Source: Malacoraja senta (Eukaryota). From it: a stretch of DNA of 64,000 nt. The translations under genes and the position numbers were made by a program. A model generated the notes under the pieces. The model did not search any database. It worked only from the letters and a program-made list of their open reading frames with translations, and was not told where the DNA came from. Below are positions 23,661 through 35,259 of this stretch, in pieces (position 1 is the stretch's first letter; every line of letters begins with the position of its first letter). The stretch lies in the NCBI GenBank assembly GCA_038087875.1, contig JAXLNO010000446.1:496001-560000 (forward strand), written 5' to 3'.

Positions 23661-26582
23661 GATACATAGATAGATACATAGAAAATAGGTGCAGGAGTAG
23701 GCCATTCGGCCCTTCGAGCCTGCACCGCCATTCAATATGATCATGGCTGATCATCCAACTCAGTATCCCGTACCTGCCTTCTCTCCATACCCCCTGATCC
23801 CTTTAGCCACAAGGGCCACATCTAACTCCCTCTTAAATATTGCCAATGAACTGGCCTCAACTACCCTCTGTGGTAGAGAGTTCCAGAGATTCACCACTCT
23901 CTGTGTGAAAAATGTTTTTCTCATCTCGGTCTTAAACGATTTCCCCGTTATCCTTAAGCTGTGACCCCTTGTCCTGGACTTCCCCAACATCGGGAACAAT
24001 CTTCCTGCATCTAGCCTGTCCAACCCCATAAGAATTTTGTAAGTTTCTATAAGAACCCCTCTCAATCTCCTAAATTCTAGCGAGTATAAGACGAGTCTAT
24101 CCAGTCTTTCTTCATATGAAAGTCCTGACATCCCAGGAATCAGTCTGGTGAACCTTCTCTGCACTCCCTCTATGGCAATAATGTCCTTCCTCAGATGTAT
24201 CCACATTATACTGCATCTGCCATGCATTTGCACACTCACCCAACCTATCCAAGTCACCTTGCAGCCTCCTAGCATCCTCCACACAGCTAACACTGCCGCC
24301 CAGCTTCGTGTCATCCGCAAACTTGGAGATGTTACATTCAATTCCTTCGTCCAAAGCATTAATATATATTGTAAATAGCTGAGGTCCCAGCACTGAGCCT
24401 TGCGGTACCCCACTTGTCAATGCCTGCCATTCTGAAAAGGACCCATTTACTCCTACTCTTTGCTTCCTGTCTGCCAGCCAGTTCTCTATCCACATCAATA
24501 CTGAACCCCCAATACCGTGTGCTTTAAGTTTGCATACTAATCTCTTATGTGGGACCTTGTCGAAAGCCTTCTGAAAGTCCAGATATAACACATCCACTGG
24601 TTCTCCCTTATCCACCTTACTAGTTACATCCTCGAAAAATTCTATAAGATTCGTCAGACATGATTTACCTTTCATAAATCCATGCTGACTTTGTCCAATG
24701 ATTTCACCACTTTCCAAATGTGCTGCTATCCCATCTTTAATAACTGACTCTAGCATTTTCCCCACTACTGATGTTAGACTAACTGGTCTGTAATTCCCCG
24801 TTTTCTCTCTCCCTCCATTTCTTAAAAAGTGGGGTTATATTAGCTACCCTCCAATCCTCAGGAACTACAGAATCTAAAGAGTTTTGAAAAATGATCACTA
24901 ATGCTTCCACTATTTCTGGGGCTACTTCCTTAAACACTCTGGGATGCAGCCTATCTGGCCCAGGGGATTTATCGGCCTTTAATCCATTCAATTTACCTAA
25001 CACCACTTCCCGGCTAACCTGGATTTCACTCAGTTACTCCATCTCATTTGACCCCCGGTCCCCTGCTATTTCCGGCAGATTATTTATGTCTTCCTCAGTG
25101 AAGACAGAAACAAAGTAGTTATTCAATTGGTCTGCCATGTCCTTGTTCCCCATGATTAATTCACTTGTTTCTGACTGCAAGGGACCCACATTTGTTTTAA
25201 CTAATCTTTTTTCTCTTCACATATCTATAAAAGCTTTTGCAGTCAATTTTTATGTTCACTGCCAGTTTTCTTTCATAATCTATTTTCCCTTTCCTAATTA
25301 AGCTCTTTGTTCTCCTCTGCTGGACTTAATTTATCCCAGTGCTCTGGTAGGCTGCTTTTTCTGGCTAATTTGTATGTTTCATCTTTTGTTTTGATACTAT
25401 CCCTGATTTTCCTTGTTATCCACGGATGCACTACCTTCCCTGATTTATTCTTTTGCCAAACTGGGATGAACAATTGTTGTAGTTTAGCCATGCGGTCTTT
25501 AAATGCCTTCCATTGCATATCCACTGACAACCCTTTAAGAATCAATTGCCAGTCTATCTTGGCCAATTCACGTCTCATACCCTCAAAGTTACCTTTCTTT
25601 AAGTTCAGAACCCTTCTTTCTGAATTAACTATGTCACTCTCCATCCTAATGAAGAACTCAACCATACTATGGTCACTCTTGCCCAAGGGGCCACGCACAA
25701 CAAGACTGCTAACTAACCCTTCCTCATTACTCAATACCGAGTCTAGAATAGCCTGCTCTCTCGTTGGTTCCTCTACATGTTGGTTTAGAAAACTATCCCG
25801 CATACATTCCAAGAAATCCTCTTCCTCAGCACCCCTGCCAATTTGATTCACCCAATCTATATGTAGATTGAAGTCACCCATTATAACTGTTTTACCTTTG
25901 TTGCACGCATTTCTAATTTCCTGTTTGATGCCATCCTTAACTCCACTACTACTGTTAGGTGGCTTGTACACAACTCCCATTAGCGTTTTCTGCCCCTTAG
26001 TGTTTCGCAGCTCTGCCCATATCGATTCCACATTCTCCAAGCTAATATCCTTCCTTTCTATTGCGTTAATCCCCTCTCTAACCAGCAATGCTACCCCACC
26101 TCCTTTTCCTTTCTGTCTATCCCTCCTGAATATTGAATATCCCTGGATGTTCAGCTCCCAGCCTTGGTCACCCTGGAGCCATGCCTCTGTGATCCCAACT
26201 ATATCATATTCATTAATAACTATCTGCACATTCAACTCATCCACCTTATTACGAATGCTCCTTGCATTGAGACACAAAGCCTTCAGGCTTGTTTTTACAA
26301 CACTCTTATCCCTTATACAATTATGTTGAACAGTGGCCCTTTTTGATTTTTGCCCTGGATTTGTCTGCCTGCCACTTTTACTTTTCACCTTGCTACCTAT
26401 TGCTTCTACCCTCATTTTACACCCCTCTGTCTCTCTGCTCATGTTCCTATCCTCCTGCCACATTAGTTTAAATCCTCCCCCGACAGCACTAGCAAACACT
26501 CCCCCAAGGACATTGTTTCCATTCCAGCCCAGGTGCAGACCGTCCTGTTTGTACTGGTCCCACCTCCCCCAGAACTGGTCCA
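23661..26582 (-). mobile_element. CR1 LINE with ORF1 end and ORF2 (APE-RT); frameshifted, internal deletion near 24197
   Basis: QDGLHLGWNG (ORF1 esterase-like end), CLNARSIRNK, GITEAWL, GDFN, SDH and RT motifs. Confidence 0.92.
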
Positions 26583-26984
26583 TCCCGTCCCGTTTCTCCC
26601 ACTTCCGTCCCTTTTCTCCCACTTGCACGTCATTTCCATCACGGTCATCTCCAGTTTGTTTTTGACAATCAACATTGAGCGCAGTATCACTACCTGGAAA
26701 GGCAGTCTCTTTCAGATTAAAACCACGCTCGCTCTGCTACATCAGCAACATCGGTCAGTGTTGCTACTTCCACATCAGCAACAAGGGATTGCCTCACTGC
26801 TGACCATGGTGAGGTTGAAATACCAACCCATATCATCCCATGGCTGTTCTGTTAGCAGATTCACTCTTAGAGCAATCAAATTGTTAGTTGTCCGCAGTGT
26901 GTAGAGAGTGGATGAACAGAACGGGTGATCGATGGGAGGCGTGGATTTGGTGGACCAAAGGGCCTGATTTCATGCTGTATCTCT

Positions 26985-27024
26985 AAACTAAACTAAACTA
27001 AACTAAACTAAACTAAACTAAACT
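26985..27024 (+). repeat. (AAACT)n tail of an HE1-type SINE
   Basis: Follows gggcctgatttcatgctgtatctct. Confidence 0.85.
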
Positions 27025-27645
27025 CACTCAAACAAGAGGATATCTAATTGTTTTTATTTTTCAACTTGTAAAGTTGCAGTTTGAATACAAGCCAATCCAT
27101 TCCCTACATTACAAGTATAACTGACTACAAAATGTGTGTCATTATGGAATGTTCTTACGTCACCAAAGGCACTGTAGAAATATAAAGATTTCTTGATTAT
27201 TGCAGTGCTGAGTGAAACATAGAAGCAGAATTAGGCCATTCAGCCCATCAAGTCTACTCTGCCTTTCAATCATGGCTCACAACCCCATTCTCCTGCCTTC
27301 TCCCCATAACCCCGGACACCCGTACTAATCAACAATCTATCAATCTCTGCCTGAAAAATACCCAATGACTTGGCCTCCACAGCCGTACATGGCAGTGAAT
27401 TCCACAGATTCACCACTGTCTAAATAACGAAATTCCCCCTCATCTCCTTTCTAAAGGTATGTCCTTTTATTCTGAGGCTGTGCCCTCTGGTCCGAGACTC
27501 TCCCACTAGTAGAAACATCCTCTCCACATCCACTCTATCCAGGCCTTTCACTATTCGGTGAGTTTCAATGCGGTCCCACCCGCAGTTTTGAACCCATGCC
27601 CATAAAGATGTGCACCCCATATCCCGGGCCTAGAATCTGGGAGTC

Positions 27646-27776
27646 CAGAGTGCTGGAGTAACTCAGCGGGTCAGGCAGCATCTGTGGAGAACATGGATAG
27701 GTGACGTTTCACAGAGAGCTGGAGTAACTCAGCGGGTCAGGCAGCATCTGTGGAGAACATGGATAGGTGATGTTTC
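27646..27776 (+). repeat. 66-bp Penelope-terminus-derived unit, 2 copies
   Basis: Same unit as 50567-51290. Confidence 0.85.
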
Positions 27777-28630
27777 TCATCAGAATACGGTGCCAGGGAT
27801 GACACACTGCCTGCTTTTATTCAGGAAATATTACTTATTCCAAGTGAACATCTTCAATGAGAAACAATCTTCAACAAAACACGTAATCTATGAAGGCAAT
27901 AAACTACCAAGTATGTTGGAACAAAGAACTGCAGATGCTGGTTTATACCACAGATAGACACAAAGTGCAGGAGTAACTCAGCGGGCCATGCAGCATCTCT
28001 GGAGAATAAGTTACTCCAGGACATTGTGTCTATCGTTGGTAGCTACTACACATGCATGACCTCAGTACACGGGTACACACGCGTGTGCCATTACTTCACA
28101 CATGCACATTGTTTCTGCGAATGGCTGTAATATTTTGCAGCCTCTTGTGCTCTGACAATCTATCCAGGGTCAATGATCAGAGTACGGTGTCAGGGCTGAC
28201 GCAATCCCCACCTTATTTCACCAATATTACTTACACTAAGTAAACATCTTCATGGAGAAAACCGACGACAAAACAAACGTAATCTATGACCATTGGATTA
28301 TTGAATGAAGAAGATTGAAAGTTATTGGTCACGTACACAGTCTGTGAAAGGACAATGTTTGTCAAGATTGTCACTACTGAAATTTGTGTTGTGGATTTAT
28401 GTGCATTTTTTTGCTTTAAAATAACATTTGTTATTGTATTGGTATAAAGCATTTGCATTAAAAACAAATATTTTAAAGATCCAATTGATCTGCTTCTTTA
28501 TTCAACAGAGTAAAACCCTGTGGAAACTCAGCCCAGTGTGAAGCACCTATTAGTACAAGTCTGTCCATGAGATCAGTGACTGAGAGTAAACTGGAAGTGA
28601 TGAGAATGAAGGAACCACAGGGCAAAACAA

Positions 28631-28775
28631 TGTGCTGGAGTAACTCAGCGGGTCAGGCAGCATCTCTGGAGAATATGGATAGGTGACGTTTCACAGAGTG
28701 CTGGAGTAACTCAGCGGGTCAGGCAGCATCTGTGGAGAACATGGATAGGTGACGTTTCACAGAATGCTGGAGTAT
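28631..28775 (+). repeat. 66-bp Penelope-terminus-derived unit, ~2 copies
   Basis: Same unit as 50567-51290. Confidence 0.85.
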
Positions 28776-29240
28776 CTGTCTGCAGCACAACTTTCTTCCC
28801 ACCCTGCTTCCTGCAAAGACTCTATCCCCTACTCAAAATTCCTCCATCTGCGCCCAAGATGAGATGTTCCATAGTAGAACATCCGCGATGTCCTCATTCT
28901 TTAGGCCCTTGTTTCGGGAGATCCGAAACGTCACCCATTCCTTCTCTACAGAGATGCTGCTTGTCCTGCTGAGTTAATCTAGCTTTTTGTGTCTACCTTC
29001 GATTTAAACCATCATCTGCGGTTCCTTTCTACACAACTGAATCACCCTACTGCAACCAGAGAGCAGTGCTGAACTATCTACTTCGTTGGTGACTATTGGA
29101 CTATCTTTGATTGGACTTTGGTGGTTTTACATCGTAAATGGCTCGATTTACCCCTATCCCAAGCCCAGCCCAACCCCAATGCAATCACTGCCCAGTCCAT
29201 CACTGGCTCTGACCTCCCCACCATCCAAGGGATTTATCAG

Positions 29241-30016
29241 ACCCCAACCCAATTCCACCCTCAACCCAACCCAACGCAACCCACCCCAACCCCAACCCAC
29301 CCCAACCCCAACCCAATCCCACCCCAACCCCAACCCCGACCCGACCCACCCCAATCCCACCCCGACCCGACCCACCCCAATCCCACCCCAACCCCAACCC
29401 AATCCCACCCCAACCCCAACCCAATCCAACCCCAACCCCAACCCAATCCCACCCCAACCCCAACCCCGACCCGACCCACCCCAATCCCACCCCGACCCGA
29501 CCCACCCCAATCCCACCCCGACCCGACCCACCCCAATCCCACCCCGACCCGACCCACCCCAATCCCACCCCAACCCAATCCAACCCCAACCCCACCCCAA
29601 TCCCACCCCAACCCCAACCCAATCCCACCCCAACCCCAACCCAATCCCACCCCAACCCCAACCCAATCCCACCCCAACCCCAACCCAATCCAACCCCAAC
29701 CCCAACCCAATCCCACCCCAACCCCAACCCAATCCCACCCCAACCCCACCCCAATCCCACCCCAACCCCAACCCAATCCAACCCCAACCCCAACCCAATC
29801 CCACCCCAATCCCACCCCGACCCGACCCACCCCAATCCCACCCCAACCCAACCCCAACCCGACCCCACCCCAACCCGACCCCACCCAAACCCCAACCCGA
29901 CCCAACCCAATCCCACCCCAACCCGACCCAACCCAATCCCACCCCAACCCCAACCCGACCCCACCCAAACCCCAACCCGACCCAACCCAATCCCACCCTG
30001 ACCCCAACCCCTGACC
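29241..30016 (+). repeat. C-rich degenerate (CCCCAA)n/(CCCGA)n array upstream of SPATA4
   Basis: Seen directly; source of the Pro-rich and Gly/Trp-rich spurious ORFs. Confidence 0.95.
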
Positions 30017-30029
30017 CTTTGATCCTCTG

Positions 30030-30216
30030 ACCTGCCTCGTCCCGCCCACCGGGACAGCTGTCAATCAGTGTACGCAGGGCCCGCCCCCTGCGCTTGGAGC
30101 CTATCACAAGGCGCGTCGTCAGACAGCCCCGCCCCTGGTGGTGACGGTGACGCGGTGGCTATGGAGACGGTGACGCGGTCGCCATGGAGACGGGGCCTAC
30201 CCACGCCGCCGCCGCC
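30030..30216 (+). promoter_or_regulatory. SPATA4 CpG-rich promoter/5' region with GC boxes, TGACG half-sites and two X-box-like motifs
   Basis: CCCCGCCCC at ~30080 and ~30127; GTGGCTATGGAGAC (30155-30168) and GTCGCCATGGAGAC (30178-30191); high CpG density. Confidence 0.7.
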
Positions 30217-30425
30217 ATGGAGCTGCAGGCGCTGCCGACCCTCAGCCCCGTAGACTCGCAGTGCTGGGCCCCCGCTCCCCGGGGTGGCCGCGCCGGTTCC
30301 CTACCCCTGGCCCGCGCCGGTGGGGGAAGCTACGGGCCGCTGCCCGCCCGCGCCGGCCTCGCCAGGGAGGTGATCCGTTGGTTGCAGGGTCTGGGGCTCA
30401 GCCGCCCCTTCACTCATGTGCCGCG
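30217..30425 (+). CDS. SPATA4: SPATA4 exon 1 (MELQALP...[23 protein letters not shown]); alternative in-frame ATG at 30184
   Basis: Perfect Kozak gccgccgccATGG; [11 protein letters not shown] starts the CH-like domain; cg|gtgagg donor. Confidence 0.85.
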
Positions 30426-31620
30426 GTGAGGGCCGGGCCACAGGGGTGGGGGTGAGGGTGGGGGTGGGGGTGGGGGTGGGGGCCGGGCCACAGGGGTGAG
30501 GGTGGGGGTGGGGGTGGGGGCCGGGCCACAGGGGTGAGGGTGGGGGTGGGGGTGAGGGGGTGAGGGCCGGGCCACAGGGGGTGGGGGTGGGGGTGGGGGT
30601 GGGGGTGGGGGCCGGGCCACAGGGGTGAGGGTGGGGGTGGGGGTGAGGGGGTGAGGGCCGGGCCACAGGGGGTGGGGGTGAGGGCCGGGCCACAGGGGTG
30701 GGGGGTGGGGGTGAGGGTAGGGGTGGGGGTGAGGGTGGGGGTAGGGGGTGGGCCGGGCCACAGGGGTGAGGGGTGAGGGTAGGGGTGGGGGTGAGGGTGG
30801 GGGTAGGGGGTGAGGGCCGGGCCACAGGGGTGGGGGGTGGGGGTGAGGGTAGGGGTGGGGGTGAGGGTGGGGGTAGGGGGTGGGCCGGGCCACAGGGGTG
30901 GGGGGTGGGGGTGGAGGTGAGGGTGGAGGTGAGGGTGGGGGTGGAGGTGAGGGCCGGGCCACAGGGGTGAGGGTGGGGGTAGGGTGTGGGGGTGAGGGCC
31001 GGGCCACAGGGGTGGGGGTGGGGGGTGGGGGTGGGGTGAGGGTAGGGGTGGGGGTGAGGGCCGGGCCACAGGGGTGGGGGGTGGGGGGTGAGGGTGAGGG
31101 TAGGGTGTGGGGGTGAGGGCGGGGCCACAGGGGTGGGGGGTGGGGGTGGGGTGAGGGTAGGGGTGGGGGTGAGGGCCGGGCCACAGGGGTGGGGGGTGGG
31201 GGGTGAGGGTGAGGGTAGGGTGTGGGGGTGAGGGCGGGGCCACAGGGGTGGGGGTGAGGGCTGGGCCACAGGGGTGAGGGTGGGGAGGGGGTGAGGGTGG
31301 GGGTAGGGTTGGGGGTGAGGGCCGGACCACTGGGGTGGGGGTGGGGGTCAGGGTGGGGGTAGGGTGTGGGGGTGAGGGTTTGGGTAGGTGTGAGGGTGAA
31401 GGTGGGGGTGGGGGTGAGAGTGGGGGTGGGGGTGAGGGTGGGGGTGAAGGTAGGGGTGGGGGTGAGGGTGGGGGTGTGGGAGTGAGGGTAGGAGTGGGGG
31501 TGAGCCCGGGGAGAGGGCAGGCGGAGAGGGGGAGAGGGAGAGGTGATGGGGAGTGGAGGATGGGCAGGGACGGGGTTTGTAGGGAGGGAGGGAGGGAGAG
31601 GGATGGTGGAGGGGTGGGGG
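30426..31620 (+). repeat. G-rich minisatellite/low-complexity array (gtgagggccgggccacagggg + (GGGGGT)n) starting at the SPATA4 intron 1 donor
   Basis: Seen directly. Confidence 0.95.
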
Positions 31621-32567
31621 CAGGCTTGCTGGGCTGGAGGTAGTGGGCCTTGGATTAGAAACATCACAGGACCAGGTGTGGAGGACAGAGCCACTGCTTC
31701 ACAGCGCCAGGGACCCGGGTTCAATCCTGACCTCGGCTGAAGTCTGTATGGAGTTTGCACATTCCCCCTATGACCATGTGGGTTTCCTCCGGGTGCTCCA
31801 GTTCCCTCCTATACCCTAAAGACCTGCAGGTCGGTGGGTCAGCTAGACAAAAGGCTGCTGATGCTGAAGTCTTGATAAAAATGAAACAAACTGCACAAAG
31901 AAACAAAAATAGATGGAGGATTCTAAAACTAGAGGGCACGGAAGGGAAAAAAAGACACAAAGTGCTGGAGTAACTTAGCGGGTCAGGCAGCAACTCTGGA
32001 GAACATGGATAGGTGACGTATTGGTTCAGGATCCTTAAGCATAGAGAGGGGAGGGATTTACGAGGTTCCTCAGGAGCAACTTTCTCACTCACGGTAGTCC
32101 GTATCGGCCAGAGGAAGCTGTAGAAGTGGGTACTATTACGGTTTTTAAAAGACATTTGGACAGATACATGGATAAGAAGGGTTTATGAGGATACGGACCA
32201 AATGCTGGCAAATGCGACTAGCCTTGTTGGCCAACTTGGTCGGCATGGATACATTTTCTTTGGAAGAATAGGGAAAACATAACATATTGGTAAAGTAATG
32301 AGAATGCATTACCACTGGTGCAGGAACTCTTGTACATGAAGAGGAAACGGTAAATTACTGAAATGCATCGATTCAGTGATGGGAATATTGAAGTTATGTC
32401 CTCCAGGTAGAATACAAGTATTTCTCAGTTTACATTTAACAAATCCACAAAATGAAATGTACATTGAGTGTCTAGTCAGGAATCACAACGAGCTGTGAAT
32501 AAATCCGGTGTAGGATGTGCAGCTAAAATCTAACCCATGTGGATCATGTTGGTGCATTGTGTTTCAG

Positions 32568-32697
32568 AGCCTTCAGTAACGGCTTCCTTGTGGCTGAGAT
32601 CTTCTCCTGGTACTACCCCTGTGACATTGACATGAGTGCCTTTAACCATGGCCTCTCCTTCCCCTCCAAGCTGAAGAACTGGTCCAGGCTGGAGAAT
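32568..32697 (+). CDS. SPATA4: SPATA4 exon 2 (AFSNGFLVAEIFSWYYPCDIDMSAFNHGLSFPSKLKNWSRLEN)
   Basis: tttcag acceptor, gtaagt donor; FSNGFLxAEI...K..NW is the SPEF1/SPATA4 CH-like motif; 130 nt. Confidence 0.93.
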
Positions 32698-32799
32698 GTA
32701 AGTACCCAGTACCCAGGGAAAACAGTCACATAGTTAAACAATGTTGTGGGTCTGCAAACCTCACCGATATGATTTTACAACCATGATATCAGATTCCCC

Positions 32800-33675
32800 A
32801 TTGTAAACCTTGGACAGCTTGCAACCCAGCGGTATGAGTCTCCTATATATCGGCGAGACTAAGCGCAGGCTCGGCGATTGTTTAGCTGAACACCTCCGCT
32901 CAGTCCACCTAAACCTATCTGATCTCCCAGTAGCTAAACACTTTAACTCCGCTTCTCATTCCCACATTGACCTTTCTGTCCACTGTCAGAGTGAGGCACA
33001 ACGCAAATTGAAGGAACAGCACCTCATATGTCGCATGGGCAGCTCACACCACAGAGGTACAAATATTGAACCCTTCTTTTCCCTCTCTCTCCATCCTTCC
33101 CCCATCCTAGTTCTCTGACTAGTTTCACTGAACTCATGTCCTGATTAATTTTACTGATTGTACGCCTCCTTGTCACCTTCCCCTCAGCTAACAATGAACC
33201 ATTCTACATTTCCTTAATCGTCGTCAGCTTTGATCTGTCATTTTCACACCTTACCCTTCTATATCTCTAGACTCTATCTCCCCTGACTCAGCCTGAAGGG
33301 TCTCGACACAATAGGTAACCCATTCCTTCTCTCCTGAGTTACTCCAGCATTTTGTATCTACAGATTGAATATTGATTTCTCTAATTTCAAGTGACTCTTT
33401 TATTCCCTCTCTCTCTGTCCCTCCCTGACTCTAGACTCCTGCTCATTTCACTGTTCCTACCCTTAGTTATCACCTCCTTCACAGCCAACAATGGACCATT
33501 GTAGGCTCTTTGGCTGTCGGTGGTGGCTCTGATTTGTTCTCTACCTTTTCATATCTCTAGTTTCCTCTCCCCTGACTTTGTCTAAAGAATGGTCTTGACC
33601 CGAAACGTCACCCATTCCTTTCTCCAGAGATGCTGCCTGACCAACTGAGTTACTCCAGCATTTTGTGTCTATCTT
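32800..33675 (+). mobile_element. Degraded Penelope 3' fragments (GIY-YIG remnant plus two termini)
   Basis: LYIGETKRRLGDCLAEH...PVAKHFN; termini containing cccgaaacgtcaccc. Confidence 0.8.
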
Positions 33676-34480
33676 CAATGCTGAAGTAGACATGGTCAGT
33701 GGCCAATTAACCTACAAGCCCACATGTCTTTGGATGTTGGAGGAAACCGGAGCACCCGGACGAAACACAATCACAGGGAGAACGTTCAAACTCCACACAG
33801 ACAGAACCCGAGGTCAGGATTGATCGCGGGTCTCTGGCGCTGTGACAATGACTGAGAAAACAGCGTCAATGTGTTCCTCCTTGTAATGTTCTTAGCATGA
33901 ATGATACCTTTTAGGTTTAGGTTTATTATTATTGTCACGTGTACTGAGGTACAGAGAATCTTTGTTTCAGATCAGATAATACCAAACATCAATACTTTCA
34001 AATCAAACTCCAGTACAATAGGTAGAGCAAAGGGGAAGATACAGAGTGTAGAATATAGTTCCCAGCATTGTAGTGCATCAGGTCCAGAGACAAAGTCCAA
34101 TGTCCGCAATGGGGTAGAGGACAGTACTCTAGCCTTCGGAGGATAAAAGGTGTGATCTTTACAGGTAACTGCTAAAGAGACAAGAATGTTGCAAGCCTCA
34201 CTTTTCCAGTCACCGGGTAGTCAGAAATGGCAGCTCCTGCAACACTGATCATCACCAGCCTCTCCAGGTCTGCTTACCCTTTGCATCATTACACCTTCCA
34301 TCATGCAAGTGGCATTCTCCTGACATATCAGCTGCAGCAATGCATCATAACGTTGACTGAAGTGTTTCACAATAAGGTTGGTGCACGAGTGCTTTGATAG
34401 ATTTCCAGACGCAAGATTAAAATGCAACATAACCCTGAAGAAAAAATGTGGAGCAGCTTATTCTTAGAAGTCTTGTACAG

Positions 34481-35152
34481 ATGCACTGTAGAAGATGCAC
34501 TGTAGAAGATGCACTGTAGAAGATGCATTGTAGAAGATGCACTGTAGAAGATGCATTGTAGAAGATGCATTGTAGAAGATGCACTGTAGAAGATGCATTG
34601 TAGAAGATGCATTGTAGAAGATGCATTGTAGAAGATGCACTGTAGAAGATGCATTGTAGAAGATGCACTGTAGAAGATGCATTGTAGAAGATGCATTGTA
34701 GAAGATGCATTGTAGAAGATGCATTGTAGAAGATGCATTGTAGAAGATGCATTGTAGAAGATGCATTGTAGAAGATGCATTGTAGAAGATGCACTGTAGA
34801 AGATGCATTGTAGAAGATGCATTGTAGAAGATGCATTGTAGAAGATGCACTGTAGAAGATGCACTGTAGAAGATGCATTGTAGAAGATGCACTGTAGAAG
34901 ATGCACTGTAGAAGATGCACTGTAGAAGATGCACTGTAGAAGATGCATTGTAGAAGATGCACTGTAGAAGATGCATTGTAGAAGATGCACTGTAGAAGAT
35001 GCACTGTAGAAGATGCATTGTAGAAGATGCATTGTAGAAGATGCACTGTAGAAGATGCACTGTAGAAGATGCATTGTAGAAGATGCACTGTAGATGATGC
35101 ATTGTAGAAGATGCATTGTAGAAGATGCACTGTAGATGATGCATTGTAGAAG
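34481..35152 (+). repeat. 14-bp minisatellite atgcaYtgtagaag, 48 copies
   Basis: 672 bp in exact 14-bp register, with a C/T variant at position 6. Confidence 0.97.
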
Positions 35153-35259
35153 GCATTTATCAGGATGCATCACAGCTTGTTTTGGGAACAGCTACATCCA
35201 AGACGGCTAGAAATTTCAGAGAATTGTGGACGCAGCCCAGACCATCACACAAACCAACC

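Noticed and set aside
29241..30016. Interstitial telomere
   Set aside because: The unit is degenerate CCCCAA/CCCGA, not vertebrate CCCTAA.
29086..31760. Pro-rich and Gly/Trp-rich ORFs of 260-450 aa on both strands
   Set aside because: Low-complexity C-rich and G-rich arrays; only 30217-30425 is supported as coding.
34367..35173. MHLLQCIFYSASST-repeat ORFs
   Set aside because: Translation of the 14-bp minisatellite.
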